From Acidimicrobiales bacterium (GTDB lineage: Bacteria; Actinomycetota; Acidimicrobiia; Acidimicrobiales; SZUA-35): a DNA stretch of 64,000 bases. The stretch covers positions 1 to 64,000 of the forward strand of contig JANQPB010000026.1 of the NCBI GenBank assembly GCA_028285495.1, read 5' to 3'. The notes below the pieces were generated by a model. It was not told where the DNA came from. It saw only the letters and a list, made by a program, of their open reading frames with translations, and did not search any database. Position numbers and translations under genes: made by a program. Below, piece after piece: positions 48,383 through 58,462 of the stretch (within the stretch, counting starts at the first letter, position 1; every line of letters starts with the position of its first letter).

Positions 48383-50566
48383 TCAGAAGAGCCCCGCGTC
48401 GCGACAGACCTGGACCGCCTCGGACCGGGAGCTGACGCCGAGCTTCCGGTAGGCCGACCGTGCGTAGGTCTTCACGGTGTTGAACGACAGGAACAGCTCG
48501 CGGCCGATCTCGCGCTGGGTGAGGTTGGAGCTGAAGGCCCGGAGCACCTGGATCTCGCGGGCGGTCAGCGCCGCGGTTCCGGCCGGTCGGCGGTCGTCCG
48601 GTGTCGGGGCGGTCGACGGGAGTCGGCCGGCGATCAGATCGACGTAGCGCTCGATGAGCGGTGACGGTTGCTCGATCTCCTCGATGAGATCGCGGGCGGC
48701 CACGATCACCCGCTCTGCGTCGTCGATCGAACCGGTCTCGATCCAGTGGTTGGCCTCGGCCAGGTGGAAGAGCGCGACGGCGTACGGGCTGTAGATCGTC
48801 TCGCCGATGGTGCGGAGGGGCTCGACCGCCCGTCCGGCCTGGTCGGCGTCTCCGGTGAGCAACCGACCGACGTGGGCGAGGCTCATGTGGATGGCCGTCG
48901 ATGGCAGCCCGACCTCCTCGGCCATCCGCATCGCCTGGTCGGTGAGCGAGCGGGACGTCGCCGGGTCCTGGCGCTGGAAGGCCAGGAGTCCCTGGAGCGA
49001 GCGGGCGGCGATCGTGGGGATGCGGTCGGTCGCACCGGACGTCACCTCGATGCACTGCTCGAGGCGGGCCTCGGCCGGCCCCGTCCGGCCGTCGAGGGTG
49101 AGCGCCATCGCCGACACCAGCAGGCACTCGGCGACGTCGCCCGGTGGTCCGTCGAACGATCCGTTGCGCCCGTCGAACAGCTCGAAGACCCGATCGGCCT
49201 CGGCCGCCGCATCGGCGATCCGGCCGTCGGCGTGGAGCAGGCTCACCCGGGTGGCGAGGGCCATCAGGCGGTTGGTCGGCTGGTCGTCGGTGTGCTCGTC
49301 CGCCCGGCCGGCCCAGGTCTTGGCCTGATCGACCCGACCGCCGTAGAGGGTGGCCCTAGCGGCCAGGAGGAACATCCCGGCATCGGCCTCGGGCGTCTCG
49401 GCCAGTGCGCCGATCCAGCGGGCGACCGTCGCATAGCGGCCTCGGAGGGTGTAGTCCGATGCGTGCTTCGCCACCAGGGCGATGGCCCGCCCGTTGTCGC
49501 CGGCTTCGATCAACTGCTCGATGGCCGGCCGAGGTTGGTGGTCGGCGAGGTACCAGTCCGCAGCGAGCCGATGCCCGACCCGCCTCGCGTCCGCGTCCAG
49601 CCGGTGCTTGAGCACGTCTCGGAGCAGATCGTGGTAGCGGTACCAGATGCGACCGGACTCGTGGCGGCGGCGGGCCAGACCGCGGCGTTCGAGGTCCTCG
49701 GCGATCGCCCCAGCCGACGCCGGGTCGGTGAGCGCGGCCGCCAGCTCGACCACGAACCGATCGACGACCGACGTGTGGTGGAGGAACGTCCGGTGGTCCG
49801 GTGGAAGCGTGTCGAGCAGCTCCTCGGCCAGGTAGTCGACGATGAGCCGGTCGCTGCTGACGAACCGGGACAGGAACTCGTCCCGATCGTCGACCGTCCG
49901 GAGGGACTGGGCGGCCAGGCTGATGGCGGCCGGCCACCCCTCGGTCGACTCGACGAGGAGCTCGACCTGCTGCGGCGACAAGTCGAGCGAGAAGGCCTGG
50001 CGGAGCAGCTGGTCGGCCTCGTCCGTGGTGAAGCCGAGATCGTCGGAACGGAGCTCGCTCACCCACCTCGCAGCCCGCAGGCGGGCCAGGCGGAGCGGCG
50101 GGTCGACCCTGGTCGACAGCACGAGCAGCGACCGTGGCCCGACCTGCTCGATCATGGCCTGCACGATGCGGTGGCTCTCGGGGTTGTCGATGACGTGGTA
50201 GTCGTCGAGCACGATGGCGGCCGGACCGTCGGCCTGGACCGCGTCCAGGAGCACGGGCAGGCCCTCCTCCACCCACGCGGCCGGCGTCGACGAGCCGGGA
50301 CCGGGAAGGGAACGACCCACGTCCGGGATCAGGGCCTCCGAGGACTCGAGGACGCCGGCGATCAGCCGCATCGGATCGTTGTCGGCCGGGGTCAGCGAGC
50401 TCCAGCAGCACCGGATCGCCGGCACCCCGCCTGCCCAGCTCCGCAGCAACGTCGTCTTGCCCCACCCACCGGGGGCCGAGATCACCAGCAGTCGTTCGTC
50501 GTCCTCCGGCCGTGGGAGACGGTCGAGGAGCCCTCGACGGACCACGTCATCGGACCTCACCTCCAC
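48383..50566 (-). CDS. LuxR-family transcriptional regulator with N-terminal AAA/NB-ARC ATPase and TPR-like middle region (LAL/MalT-type)
   Basis: Walker A ISAPGGWGKTTLL, Walker B VLDDYHVI, C-terminal LuxR HTH (LTAREIQVLRAF..EIGRELFLSFNTVKTYARSAYRKLGV); GTG start ~50566 after GGGGGAG. Confidence 0.85.
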   Translation of the reverse strand: MEVRSDDVVRRGLLDRLPRPEDDERLLVISAPGGWGKTTLLRSWAGGVPAIRCCWSSLTPADNDPMRLIAGVLESSEALIPDVGRSLPGPGSSTPAAWVEEGLPVLLDAVQADGPAAIVLDDYHVIDNPESHRIVQAMIEQVGPRSLLVLSTRVDPPLRLARLRAARWVSELRSDDLGFTTDEADQLLRQAFSLDLSPQQVELLVESTEGWPAAISLAAQSLRTVDDRDEFLSRFVSSDRLIVDYLAEELLDTLPPDHRTFLHHTSVVDRFVVELAAALTDPASAGAIAEDLERRGLARRRHESGRIWYRYHDLLRDVLKHRLDADARRVGHRLAADWYLADHQPRPAIEQLIEAGDNGRAIALVAKHASDYTLRGRYATVARWIGALAETPEADAGMFLLAARATLYGGRVDQAKTWAGRADEHTDDQPTNRLMALATRVSLLHADGRIADAAAEADRVFELFDGRNGSFDGPPGDVAECLLVSAMALTLDGRTGPAEARLEQCIEVTSGATDRIPTIAARSLQGLLAFQRQDPATSRSLTDQAMRMAEEVGLPSTAIHMSLAHVGRLLTGDADQAGRAVEPLRTIGETIYSPYAVALFHLAEANHWIETGSIDDAERVIVAARDLIEEIEQPSPLIERYVDLIAGRLPSTAPTPDDRRPAGTAALTAREIQVLRAFSSNLTQREIGRELFLSFNTVKTYARSAYRKLGVSSRSEAVQVCRDAGLF

Positions 50567-50778
50567 CACGACTCCCCCCTGTCCAGTCCCCGGACCGGAC
50601 GGTCGCCGGTCGTCAGGCCTCGACCTCGAACCTAGCCCGACGGTAGGGCCGCAGCGGACCGCAGCGGCGTTGCCTGGCGATCGATTCACCCAGGGTGAGG
50701 ACTCGACCCGTCACCCACCTCCGTCGTTGGATGACCGCAGCCGCAACCGGCGGCATGGCCGACAGGAGGATCGATCCC

Positions 50779-51426
50779 ATGTTGAGCAACGGCGGGGCCG
50801 CCGACCGGTCCGCCCCGGTGACGGCGACGGGCGGCCGCCTCCGGCTCGTCCTCGTGTCCGCCGCGGTCGGGGCCACCGTCCTGGCGGCCAGCTGCGGAGG
50901 TGGCTCGTCCGCCGCCCAGCCCGACGACACGATCCCCGGTTCGCCACCGGACCACGTCCCGAGCGAGTCGACCGCCTCGACCACGACATCGCCGGCAGCA
51001 CCGCCGACCGAGAGCACCGCCGGCACGTCGGCGACCACCACCCCGTCGACCGGCACGGCGACCGACGAGGACGAGGGCCAGGACACCCCGACCATCATCG
51101 ACTGGACCATCGACGTCGACGCCGCCGAGTGCCGGGTCAGCGACCTGCCCGGCTCGCCGGGGGGCGAGGCCGTCGTCCCGGCCAGCTGGGCCGCCGGCAA
51201 CGCCGAGTACGTCGACTTCATCGTCGATGGCGACCTCCGCCCGGCCAACACGGTCCGCGACGTGCGGGGGACGGGCAACATCCAGGTTCCCTGCGACCCC
51301 GAGCTCAACGACGGCCACGAGGTGATCATCGTCGCCTACGCCGGGCCGCCGGCCGACCCCGGCATCCCCGTCGAGGGCTCGCGGCTGATCGTCACGACCA
51401 CCGCCACCGTCGACAACGGCGGCTGA
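50779..51426 (+). CDS. lipoprotein of unknown function
   Basis: AGGAGGA SD, signal peptide with lipobox LAASC, Thr/Ser/Pro linker then compact C-terminal domain. Confidence 0.6.
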   Translation: MLSNGGAADRSAPVTATGGRLRLVLVSAAVGATVLAASCGGGSSAAQPDDTIPGSPPDHVPSESTASTTTSPAAPPTESTAGTSATTTPSTGTATDEDEGQDTPTIIDWTIDVDAAECRVSDLPGSPGGEAVVPASWAAGNAEYVDFIVDGDLRPANTVRDVRGTGNIQVPCDPELNDGHEVIIVAYAGPPADPGIPVEGSRLIVTTTATVDNGG

Positions 51427-51812
51427 CACCACCGTCCCCGGACCGTCGCCGGGGCGAATCAACCGGCCGGTTCGAGCCGGCCGACCCCGAGGGAAGCACA
51501 CCCCATGACCGCCCCGGCATCGACCGCCACATCGCCACACCAACCGACGTTCCGGTCCTCGGGCGACCCCACCGAGACCGAGCACGATCTCGCCGCCCGG
51601 CGGCACCCGGCACCAGCGCCGGCCATCCCCTCGCGACACCGGGACGCAGGCCGACCCGCCTCCCGTCGCCCGACACCCCGCCGCCGCGCCGGTCCCCTCG
51701 GTGCATCCACCGCATCGAGGGGACCATGGCGAGCGGCGGCGCCGTCCACCCCCGTCGGGACAGGCGGACGGACGACCGACGCACAGACCCGCACACGGAG
51801 AGTTGGAGACAC

Positions 51813-52595
51813 GTGACCCTCGTCAAGCTCGACCCCGATCCCGACCACCTGTTCCACGCCGCGTCGCACATCCTCGGCGCCATCGTGCGACCCGACGTCC
51901 CCCTTCGGATTCGACACAGCCGAGTCCTCGCCTCCCGGGGCGACCTCACCTACCACCACGAGTCGCACGAGCTCGACGCCAGCCTCCGCGACACGGTCGA
52001 ACGATCGGGCTGGCGGGCGGCGGTGGGCGACGAGTCCTTCACCGCCACCGCCAGGAGCCGCATCGAGATGGACGTGGCCGGCGACCTCGCGCTCACCGGC
52101 AACCTCAAGATGCACCGGGCCAGCGGCGGCGGACAGATCTGGCTCGGCCACGAGGGAGGTGACGTCTCCGTGTTCCACCTCGCGGACGACGAGCTGATCG
52201 TGCTGGCACAGGGCGAGGTGCTGGCTCACGACGACGCGCTCGACGTGGCGCTCGAGCGGCGGGTGCCCCGGGAGATGGCCATCGTCCGGGACACGACCTA
52301 CGCCTGGGTCATGCGGGGCACCGGCCACGTCGCCACCGCGACCCCGGGCGAGACCGTCGTCCTCGACGTCACCGAGGACGACCCCGTCCTGGTCGAGGGC
52401 GACGCCCTGCTCGCCTACACGAGCGGCATCGAGCTCACCCCACCAGACGACTACGAGCGCCGCGCCGCCATGCGAGGCGTCAAGTGGCTCCTGAAGAACA
52501 TCCCCCAGATCAACCTGTCGACGGGGAGGGAGCGGATCTGGATGGTGGCCAACGGCCGCGGCTCGGTCGTGATCCGGTCCGGCGACCAGTCGTGA
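51813..52595 (+). CDS. hypothetical protein, possibly AIM24 (DUF124/TIGR00266) family
   Basis: GTG at 51813 preceded by GGAGAGTTGGAGA; beta-rich Gly/Asp/Val pattern (MRGTGHVATATPGETVVLDV..DDPVLVEGDALLAYTSGIEL); ~260 aa; upstream 530 codons of track ORF are antisense text. Confidence 0.5.
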   Translation: MTLVKLDPDPDHLFHAASHILGAIVRPDVPLRIRHSRVLASRGDLTYHHESHELDASLRDTVERSGWRAAVGDESFTATARSRIEMDVAGDLALTGNLKMHRASGGGQIWLGHEGGDVSVFHLADDELIVLAQGEVLAHDDALDVALERRVPREMAIVRDTTYAWVMRGTGHVATATPGETVVLDVTEDDPVLVEGDALLAYTSGIELTPPDDYERRAAMRGVKWLLKNIPQINLSTGRERIWMVANGRGSVVIRSGDQS

Positions 52596-52750
52596 CGCGG
52601 GCCGGGCCAACACCACACGGGTTCGTGGCCCGGGCACGAGCCCGACCCGGTCCCCGATCGCGTCGAAGAAGGGACGCCGAGATCCGTAAGGCGGCGTGAG
52701 GTCGACGGTCAGGACGGGTGACACCGCAACGAACCCGAAGGGATCTCACC

Positions 52751-53560
52751 ATGTCCACCTCGACCCGAACCGCGATCGTCGTCACGACGTTGATCGTCGC
52801 CACCGTCATCGGAGCCGGCGGGCCAGCATCGGCCCGCCCCGCCGACGACGGTCCGACCGGCTGGACGTGGCGCCCGGCCTGCACCCCACTGGCGGCCGAG
52901 TACTTCGACGTCGAGATCGACGAGTCCGGCGACGGCAACATCAGCGTCGCCGACGACGGCGTCGTCAACTGCGACGAGGCCGTCGTGCTGTGGAGCATGG
53001 CCAACAGCTCGTCGGTCGTCGACGACGACGAGCCGATCATCGACGAGCTCGTGCTCCAGGTCGCCGACCTCGAGGCTGCCGGCCAGACCGGGATCGACTT
53101 CTCCATCGAGCTCGATCCGTGCTTGGCGGGATTCCAGGTGCTCCGCGACGGCGACTCGCTCGTGCACGAGGAGATGATCGGGGACGGGTGCGAGATGACG
53201 GTTGCGGTTGACTTCACCGGCGCCCCGGCCGAGGCGGAGATCCACGTCGTGCAACAGACCGGCACGATCGCCCCTCCGCACATCTGGACCGTGGACGACG
53301 ACCACGTCACCAACCTCGTCGGACTACCGAGCGGAACGTGGTACGTCAAGGTCTTCGACGGGTTCACGCCGGGCAGCTCGATCAGCGTCGACGCCGAGGG
53401 CGTCTCCGGCGCCGACACGGTCTACGGCGTTGGCCACGACGCCACCGTCGACATCCAGATCGCCACGGAGTTCGGGTTCTCACCGACGCCGCCACCGCAA
53501 CCGGAGCGCCCGGAGCTCCCCATCGCGGGCGGCCACGGCGCCGGCGTACGGGGCCGCTAG
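52751..53560 (+). CDS. secreted hypothetical protein
   Basis: Signal peptide MSTSTRTAIVVTTLIVATVIGAGGPASA; acidic Cys-containing mature protein (4 Cys). Confidence 0.55.
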   Translation: MSTSTRTAIVVTTLIVATVIGAGGPASARPADDGPTGWTWRPACTPLAAEYFDVEIDESGDGNISVADDGVVNCDEAVVLWSMANSSSVVDDDEPIIDELVLQVADLEAAGQTGIDFSIELDPCLAGFQVLRDGDSLVHEEMIGDGCEMTVAVDFTGAPAEAEIHVVQQTGTIAPPHIWTVDDDHVTNLVGLPSGTWYVKVFDGFTPGSSISVDAEGVSGADTVYGVGHDATVDIQIATEFGFSPTPPPQPERPELPIAGGHGAGVRGR

Positions 53561-54095
53561 CAGGCACGAGGATGGTGGGCATCGGCCTCCAGGCGGTCGG
53601 ATCAGCGGTCGGGGTGGCCGATGCCCGAGACGGTGACCGTGGCCGGGAACGGGGTCGACGTCGTCCGTCGGACGATCGACTCCGAGCCGTCGCCGCCGGG
53701 TTCAGGGCCGCCCTGCCCCGATAAGGCGAGGTGAGCGACTCCGAGCGCGACACCGGCGCTCCCGCGACGAGGCCAGACCGCCTCGGACCGGTCCGCCGAG
53801 CACCGCCGGGAGGTCGGCGGCACGAGCGGCCGCGGCGCCGACGCCCTCACGCCCGTTCGGCTCCACCACCGATCGAGGATCGAGACGGGTCGGGCGATCG
53901 GGAACGCACGCATCCGCCCAGCCCGGCACGAGCGGGCCGCCCGATGGCGGTGACGACGTCCGCCGTGCCCGAGCAGCGGGACGCTGCTCCAAGCGCGTCC
54001 GAGCGATCGCCGGGTCGGTCCGGACCGCAGCCGCGCGCTTCGCGTCGACGAAGTACCCCCCGCTGAATCCGGCGACCGAGGGATCGGTCCCCCAT

Positions 54096-54869
54096 CTACG
54101 GTCGTCGCTCGTCCAACCAGGTGAAGAAGGCGGCGAAGCGGGCTTGCTGACGTCCGTAGGTCACGATCGTGCCGTCGATACCGACGTCGCTCAGGGAGAC
54201 ACCGGTGTCGACGACGTCACGGCCGTTCGCGGCACACGTGTCTCGCTGCTCGTCGGTCAGCGGCTCATCGATGACCGCGAAGTCGGATCCCGGCGGTGTG
54301 CCTCCCTGCGGTCGACAGAGCACCTCGACCGGCGGGCCGTTGTAGAGGGTCCTCGCATCGAAGCTCGGGACGTCGTCGTCGAACGCCTCGATCAGCGCTC
54401 GAACGTCGTCCTGCAGCGCCGGTGACGCGGCGAAGAAGATGTTCTGCGGCGAGGCCGTGGTCGCCGTCGTGCTGGTCTCGGTCGTCGTGCCACTGGTGTC
54501 GGTCGACGTCGTGTCGGTGTCGACGGTCGTCGCCGTCGTGCTGGACTGGGTCGTCGTCCCCGTCGTGGCCGTCCCCGTCGTGGCGGTCGCCGTCGTCGCC
54601 GCGTCGGCGGTGGTCCTGCTCGTTTCGGTCGACGTCGTCGCGGTGTCGGCCGTGCTCCCGGACGTCCCCCCGGGCGTCTGGGCGCTGCTGGTTGCGCTCG
54701 CGGGTGATCCCGAGGCCGAAACGCCGTCGTCTTGACCACTCCGAAGAGCGCTGAGCGCCACGAGCGCAGCGGGTATGGCGAGCGCCGCTGCGATGATCAC
54801 CTGCCATCGGTGCAGGTAGGGACTCGTGGGCGACCCCTCCGTGCGTGATCCACCGGACTGTGGGTCCAT
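54096..54869 (-). CDS. membrane-anchored protein with Thr/Ser-rich linker and small C-terminal domain
   Basis: N-terminal TM anchor WQVIIAAALAIPAALVALSAL, ~90 aa T/S/A-rich low-complexity stalk, C-terminal globular segment. Confidence 0.5.
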   Translation of the reverse strand: MDPQSGGSRTEGSPTSPYLHRWQVIIAAALAIPAALVALSALRSGQDDGVSASGSPASATSSAQTPGGTSGSTADTATTSTETSRTTADAATTATATTGTATTGTTTQSSTTATTVDTDTTSTDTSGTTTETSTTATTASPQNIFFAASPALQDDVRALIEAFDDDVPSFDARTLYNGPPVEVLCRPQGGTPPGSDFAVIDEPLTDEQRDTCAANGRDVVDTGVSLSDVGIDGTIVTYGRQQARFAAFFTWLDERRP

Positions 54870-55321
54870 GAGTGCCCCCAGGAAATCGATCTATGGAGAT
54901 TCTGACATCCCGGTAACGGTCGATGCCCGGAATTGACTCCAATGTGAGCAAGAGCACCGACAGGACATGCAACAATCAAGTTGTGATCGACCTGTCGACG
55001 CTCGGCGTCGTGGCCGCCGTCACGTCATCTGGATTCGGGCAGTCATGCGGGCTCGGGCGCATCGAGGCGACCACGAGACGAGGCGTGACGGACCGACGTC
55101 GTGCTCGCCATTCGGCCCCGCTGCGGCCGGGCCCCCGGGCCTGACCGCGGGCCCGGCCGAGTTGCCGCCGAGCCCCGTCTGCCCCGGTCGAGGCCTCGGT
55201 CGCACCACGCGGCGGGCAGGATCGGCCGAACGCCCGGGATCGGTGTCCGTCGGTCAGAACCGGCGCAGGTCGGGCATCGACGCGCGACACTGAGGGCGGC
55301 AACGTCGAAAGGTGACGAGCG

Positions 55322-56908
55322 ATGCCGGTGAAGTACGTCAAGCTGCAGAAGCACGGCAGGAAGGGCCGGAAGCGCAGGATCTTCCTGCTCGACGGCCCTC
55401 GGGACAACGCAGACAAGTTTCGCCAGGTGCTGTGGGGCGACCATCTGACGATTCTGCGCGAGGCGAACGCCGACTACTACGAGGTGGAATGGGCGCCATT
55501 GTCCGACGATCCACAGACCAAATACATCCGAAAGACCCACACCACCGACGACCGCCCGTTGGAGATCATCTTCGTCGACGTCGGCCAAGGAGACGGAGCG
55601 GTCCTCATCACACCGGAAGCCGGCACGACCGAGCGTGTGCTCGTCATCGACGCAGGCAAGGACGACCACATGGCTCGCTTCCTGCGGGAGCGGTTCGGTA
55701 GTTACGGCAACGGCTACGACTTCAGCGGTGCGCTCATCACCCACACCGACTCCGACCACTACCTCGGCTTCAAGCCGGTCTTCGACGCCAGGAGGCTCAG
55801 CGACACCGGCGCAGACGCCGGGCCGTTGTTCAGGTTCGGAACCGTCTTCCACCCGGGATTGCTCGAGGGGCCGGGTGGACCGAACGTGACGAGCTGGGAC
55901 CGTCTCGGGGGGCGGGTCGAGATCGACGGTCGGAACTACCTGACCGACCTGCTCAACTCGAACGTCGACGTGAGACGCCGGTTCACCGACAACCCCGACG
56001 AGGACTACGACTTCGCCAGCGTCGTCGCCTCGATCTTCAGGAACAGGGGCAACCAGTCGTTCAAGATGTTGTCGAACCGGCACGGGTCCACCTCCGGCGT
56101 TGCCGGCGACACCCGCCGGTTCGTGCCGGGGCTCGCGCCGAGCGACACCGGTGGCGGCTACTCGGTGCAGATCCTCGCCCCGTTCGTCGAGCAGGCGAAC
56201 GGGGCCAACGCGCTGAGAACGCTCAGCAGCTACGGAGAGACGAAGAACGGCCACTCCGTGATCCTCAAGCTCGAGATCGGTGGTTTCCGGGTGCTCTTCG
56301 GCGGCGACCTCAACGACAAGGCCGAGAAGTTCATGCTCAAGGAGCTCGCCGGGTTGTCCCGCTGGCCCAGGCGGGCGTCCGCGGACCATGCGAGGATGAT
56401 CGAGGCGGGCAGGGCCCTGTTCGGGGCCGACGTGTTGAAGGTGTGTCACCACGGATCGGAGAAGGTCACCGACGAGTTCCTGCAGGCCGCCGACGCCGCG
56501 GTCTTCGTCGTGTCCTCCGGGGAAACGGGGGGCCACGTGCACCCGCGCCCGGAGCTGCTCGGGCGGCTCGGGAAGGCCGGGCGCACCGACCAGCCGGTGA
56601 TCCTCTCGACCGAGCTGCAACGCTCGACCAAGCCAGACGACGACCCGAGCGCCGTGCAGGACGCCGTCGACGCCGTCGACACGCTCGCCAGCCGCTCGAC
56701 CGAGGCCCGGATCCGGGATCTGAAGGAGCGGATCGAGAGGTTGGGCCGAACGAACGTCGGCGTGTACGGGTCGATCTATGTCAAGACCGACGGAACCGAC
56801 CTCATCGCCGCGTTCAAGAAGGAGACGGGTTCGCACACCGACAAGTGGTTCTATTTCCACTACACGATCAACGACGACGGCAGCCTGAAGCTGTCGGACA
56901 CCGTCTGA
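55322..56908 (+). CDS. MBL-fold metallo-hydrolase (ComEC/Rec2 C-terminal-like nuclease domain) with basic N-terminal extension
   Basis: IIFVDVGQGDGAVLI..VLVIDAG and ITHTDSDHYLG (HxHxDH variant) motifs; lower local GC with AGA/AGG/GGT/AAA codons unusual for this genome. Confidence 0.8.
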   Translation: MPVKYVKLQKHGRKGRKRRIFLLDGPRDNADKFRQVLWGDHLTILREANADYYEVEWAPLSDDPQTKYIRKTHTTDDRPLEIIFVDVGQGDGAVLITPEAGTTERVLVIDAGKDDHMARFLRERFGSYGNGYDFSGALITHTDSDHYLGFKPVFDARRLSDTGADAGPLFRFGTVFHPGLLEGPGGPNVTSWDRLGGRVEIDGRNYLTDLLNSNVDVRRRFTDNPDEDYDFASVVASIFRNRGNQSFKMLSNRHGSTSGVAGDTRRFVPGLAPSDTGGGYSVQILAPFVEQANGANALRTLSSYGETKNGHSVILKLEIGGFRVLFGGDLNDKAEKFMLKELAGLSRWPRRASADHARMIEAGRALFGADVLKVCHHGSEKVTDEFLQAADAAVFVVSSGETGGHVHPRPELLGRLGKAGRTDQPVILSTELQRSTKPDDDPSAVQDAVDAVDTLASRSTEARIRDLKERIERLGRTNVGVYGSIYVKTDGTDLIAAFKKETGSHTDKWFYFHYTINDDGSLKLSDTV

Positions 56909-57053
56909 ACGGGGCACGAGGTCCGGGGGTCGACCGCGTCCGGTCGGGCGGCAGGCCTCGGGCTGCGACCGGGCTCGTGTCGATGCCGAGCCGTCGGAGA
57001 CCGCCGACGCGGCGCGAGGCCGGCAGGCCGACCCGACGGCGATGACCGGGCCG

Positions 57054-57587
57054 TCAGCGAGCCGTCCGGGTACGAGCCGTGGCCAGCGCGTCGGCGATGT
57101 CGTCCAGGGACTTCCCGGCTAATCCACCGCCGGTGAAGGCCTCGTCGTCGGAGACCTCCGAGCCAGCCCACGACGGGGGGACGAACTCGTCGAGAAGCGA
57201 CGGGTCGCCGAGGTCGACCTCCATCAGGACGAGCCCGGCCAGCGATTCCTCGAAGACGTTGACCGCGCACGGGCGGCCATCGACCTCGATGGCCCAGCGA
57301 GTCTTGACGAGCCTTTTCGCCGGCAGCGCCCCGAGGACGCGGAACTCGTCCTCGTCGAGATAGAGGCTCGTGTGCATGATCGCCCGGGGATCTGAGGTGT
57401 TGAGGCGGCGCTTGTGACCGAGCTTCCGGTCGGGCTCGGCCCCAGGTCGGTCAACCCTTCGGAGGCGGAGGCGGGTGCCGTCGACGTAGAGGTCGACGAT
57501 TCGGCGGGGGTCGGTCGCCCCCGCTGGGATCTCGTCGAGCAGGAACCGGCGCTCGTACTCGCCGACGGCGTACTTCTCGTTGACCAT
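57054..57587 (-). CDS. CYTH (triphosphate tunnel metalloenzyme / class IV adenylate cyclase-like) domain protein
   Basis: N-terminal EYERRFLL (ExExK-like) motif and beta-rich alternating charged pattern of CYTH tunnels; 177 aa. Confidence 0.65.
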   Translation of the reverse strand: MVNEKYAVGEYERRFLLDEIPAGATDPRRIVDLYVDGTRLRLRRVDRPGAEPDRKLGHKRRLNTSDPRAIMHTSLYLDEDEFRVLGALPAKRLVKTRWAIEVDGRPCAVNVFEESLAGLVLMEVDLGDPSLLDEFVPPSWAGSEVSDDEAFTGGGLAGKSLDDIADALATARTRTAR

Positions 57588-57886
57588 CCGTCCAGGATGT
57601 CAGGTCGACGCCGACGAACCGCCAGCTCCGCTCGACGCACGCCTCCGGGGCGCCAGTGCAGCGCTTGCGAGCACCGGTGGCCCGGCCCGGATCGCCACCG
57701 ACGGTGGCCCCAGCGGCGGGCCGCGACCGGGTCAGCCCGGTCTTGAACACCACCGCAACGAGCTGGACCCGGTCGCGGCGTGCGGCCTCGTCATCGCCCG
57801 ACTCACGCGGGTCTCGGCCGGGGGCATCACGTTCGGCGCAGAACGTCGCGGCAGGCGAGGCACCCGGGGCCGGCAGACCGGTCGTG

Positions 57887-58117
57887 TCACCCGGCGAAGG
57901 TGGAGCCTGCGGGATCCGGTTGGCCCCGATCCTTGGGGATGAGGATCCACAACAGCACGTAGACGAGCTCGCCGGCGCCGACGAGCCCGAACAACAGGAA
58001 GGCCAACCGGACCAGCGTCCGGCTGAGGCCGAAGCGCGAGGCCAGCGCCGCGCAGACGCCGGCGAGCACCCGACCATCGCCCCGGGCCGGTCGAGTCAGC
58101 TGAGATCGTGCTGCCAC
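57887..58117 (-). CDS. PspC-domain membrane protein
   Basis: RVLAGVCAALASRFGLSRTLVRLAFLLFGLVGAGELVYVLLWILIP matches PspC domain; GTG start with GGAGGA SD. Confidence 0.6.
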   Translation of the reverse strand: MAARSQLTRPARGDGRVLAGVCAALASRFGLSRTLVRLAFLLFGLVGAGELVYVLLWILIPKDRGQPDPAGSTFAG

Positions 58118-58462
58118 GTGGTGGTCCTCCCAACGGGATGCTCGTCGAGCTCCCCTCGCCGAATCCTACCGAACCAGGATCCGATGCCGGACAGCGGCGC
58201 AGCGGCGTCGGTCCCGCGGCGAGGATCGGCTCGTGTCGTGCTCGCGGGCGTGAGGTGGGCGGTGGTGCGCCAGGACACGCATGACACAAGGTTCGACGTC
58301 GGGTATTCGCGACCCGAGCTGAGGCGGACGCCATGGTCAAACGCTTCGAGCGGGGCGACCCGCCTCACCAGACCCACTCCATCGAGGAACGCCCTGCGGA
58401 TCGTCGAAGGGCCGCCGCGAGCTCGCGGCTGTCACCGATCCTGGCGATCGGGTGGTGGTCGT

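Noticed and set aside
51440-51475. tRNA-like T-arm motif ggccggTTCGAGccggcc
   Set aside because: Only an isolated hairpin is present. There is no acceptor stem, anticodon arm or CCA context, and the loop is 6 nt rather than 7.
53561-54095. Several 80-110-aa ORFs in the 535-bp gap
   Set aside because: All are Arg/Ser/Pro-rich without start context. The region is best treated as intergenic or unresolved.
57451-58077. 208-aa minus ORF overlapping the PspC-domain gene
   Set aside because: The text is Ser/Pro/Cys-rich and non-protein-like. The overlapping 76-aa frame matches the PspC domain convincingly.
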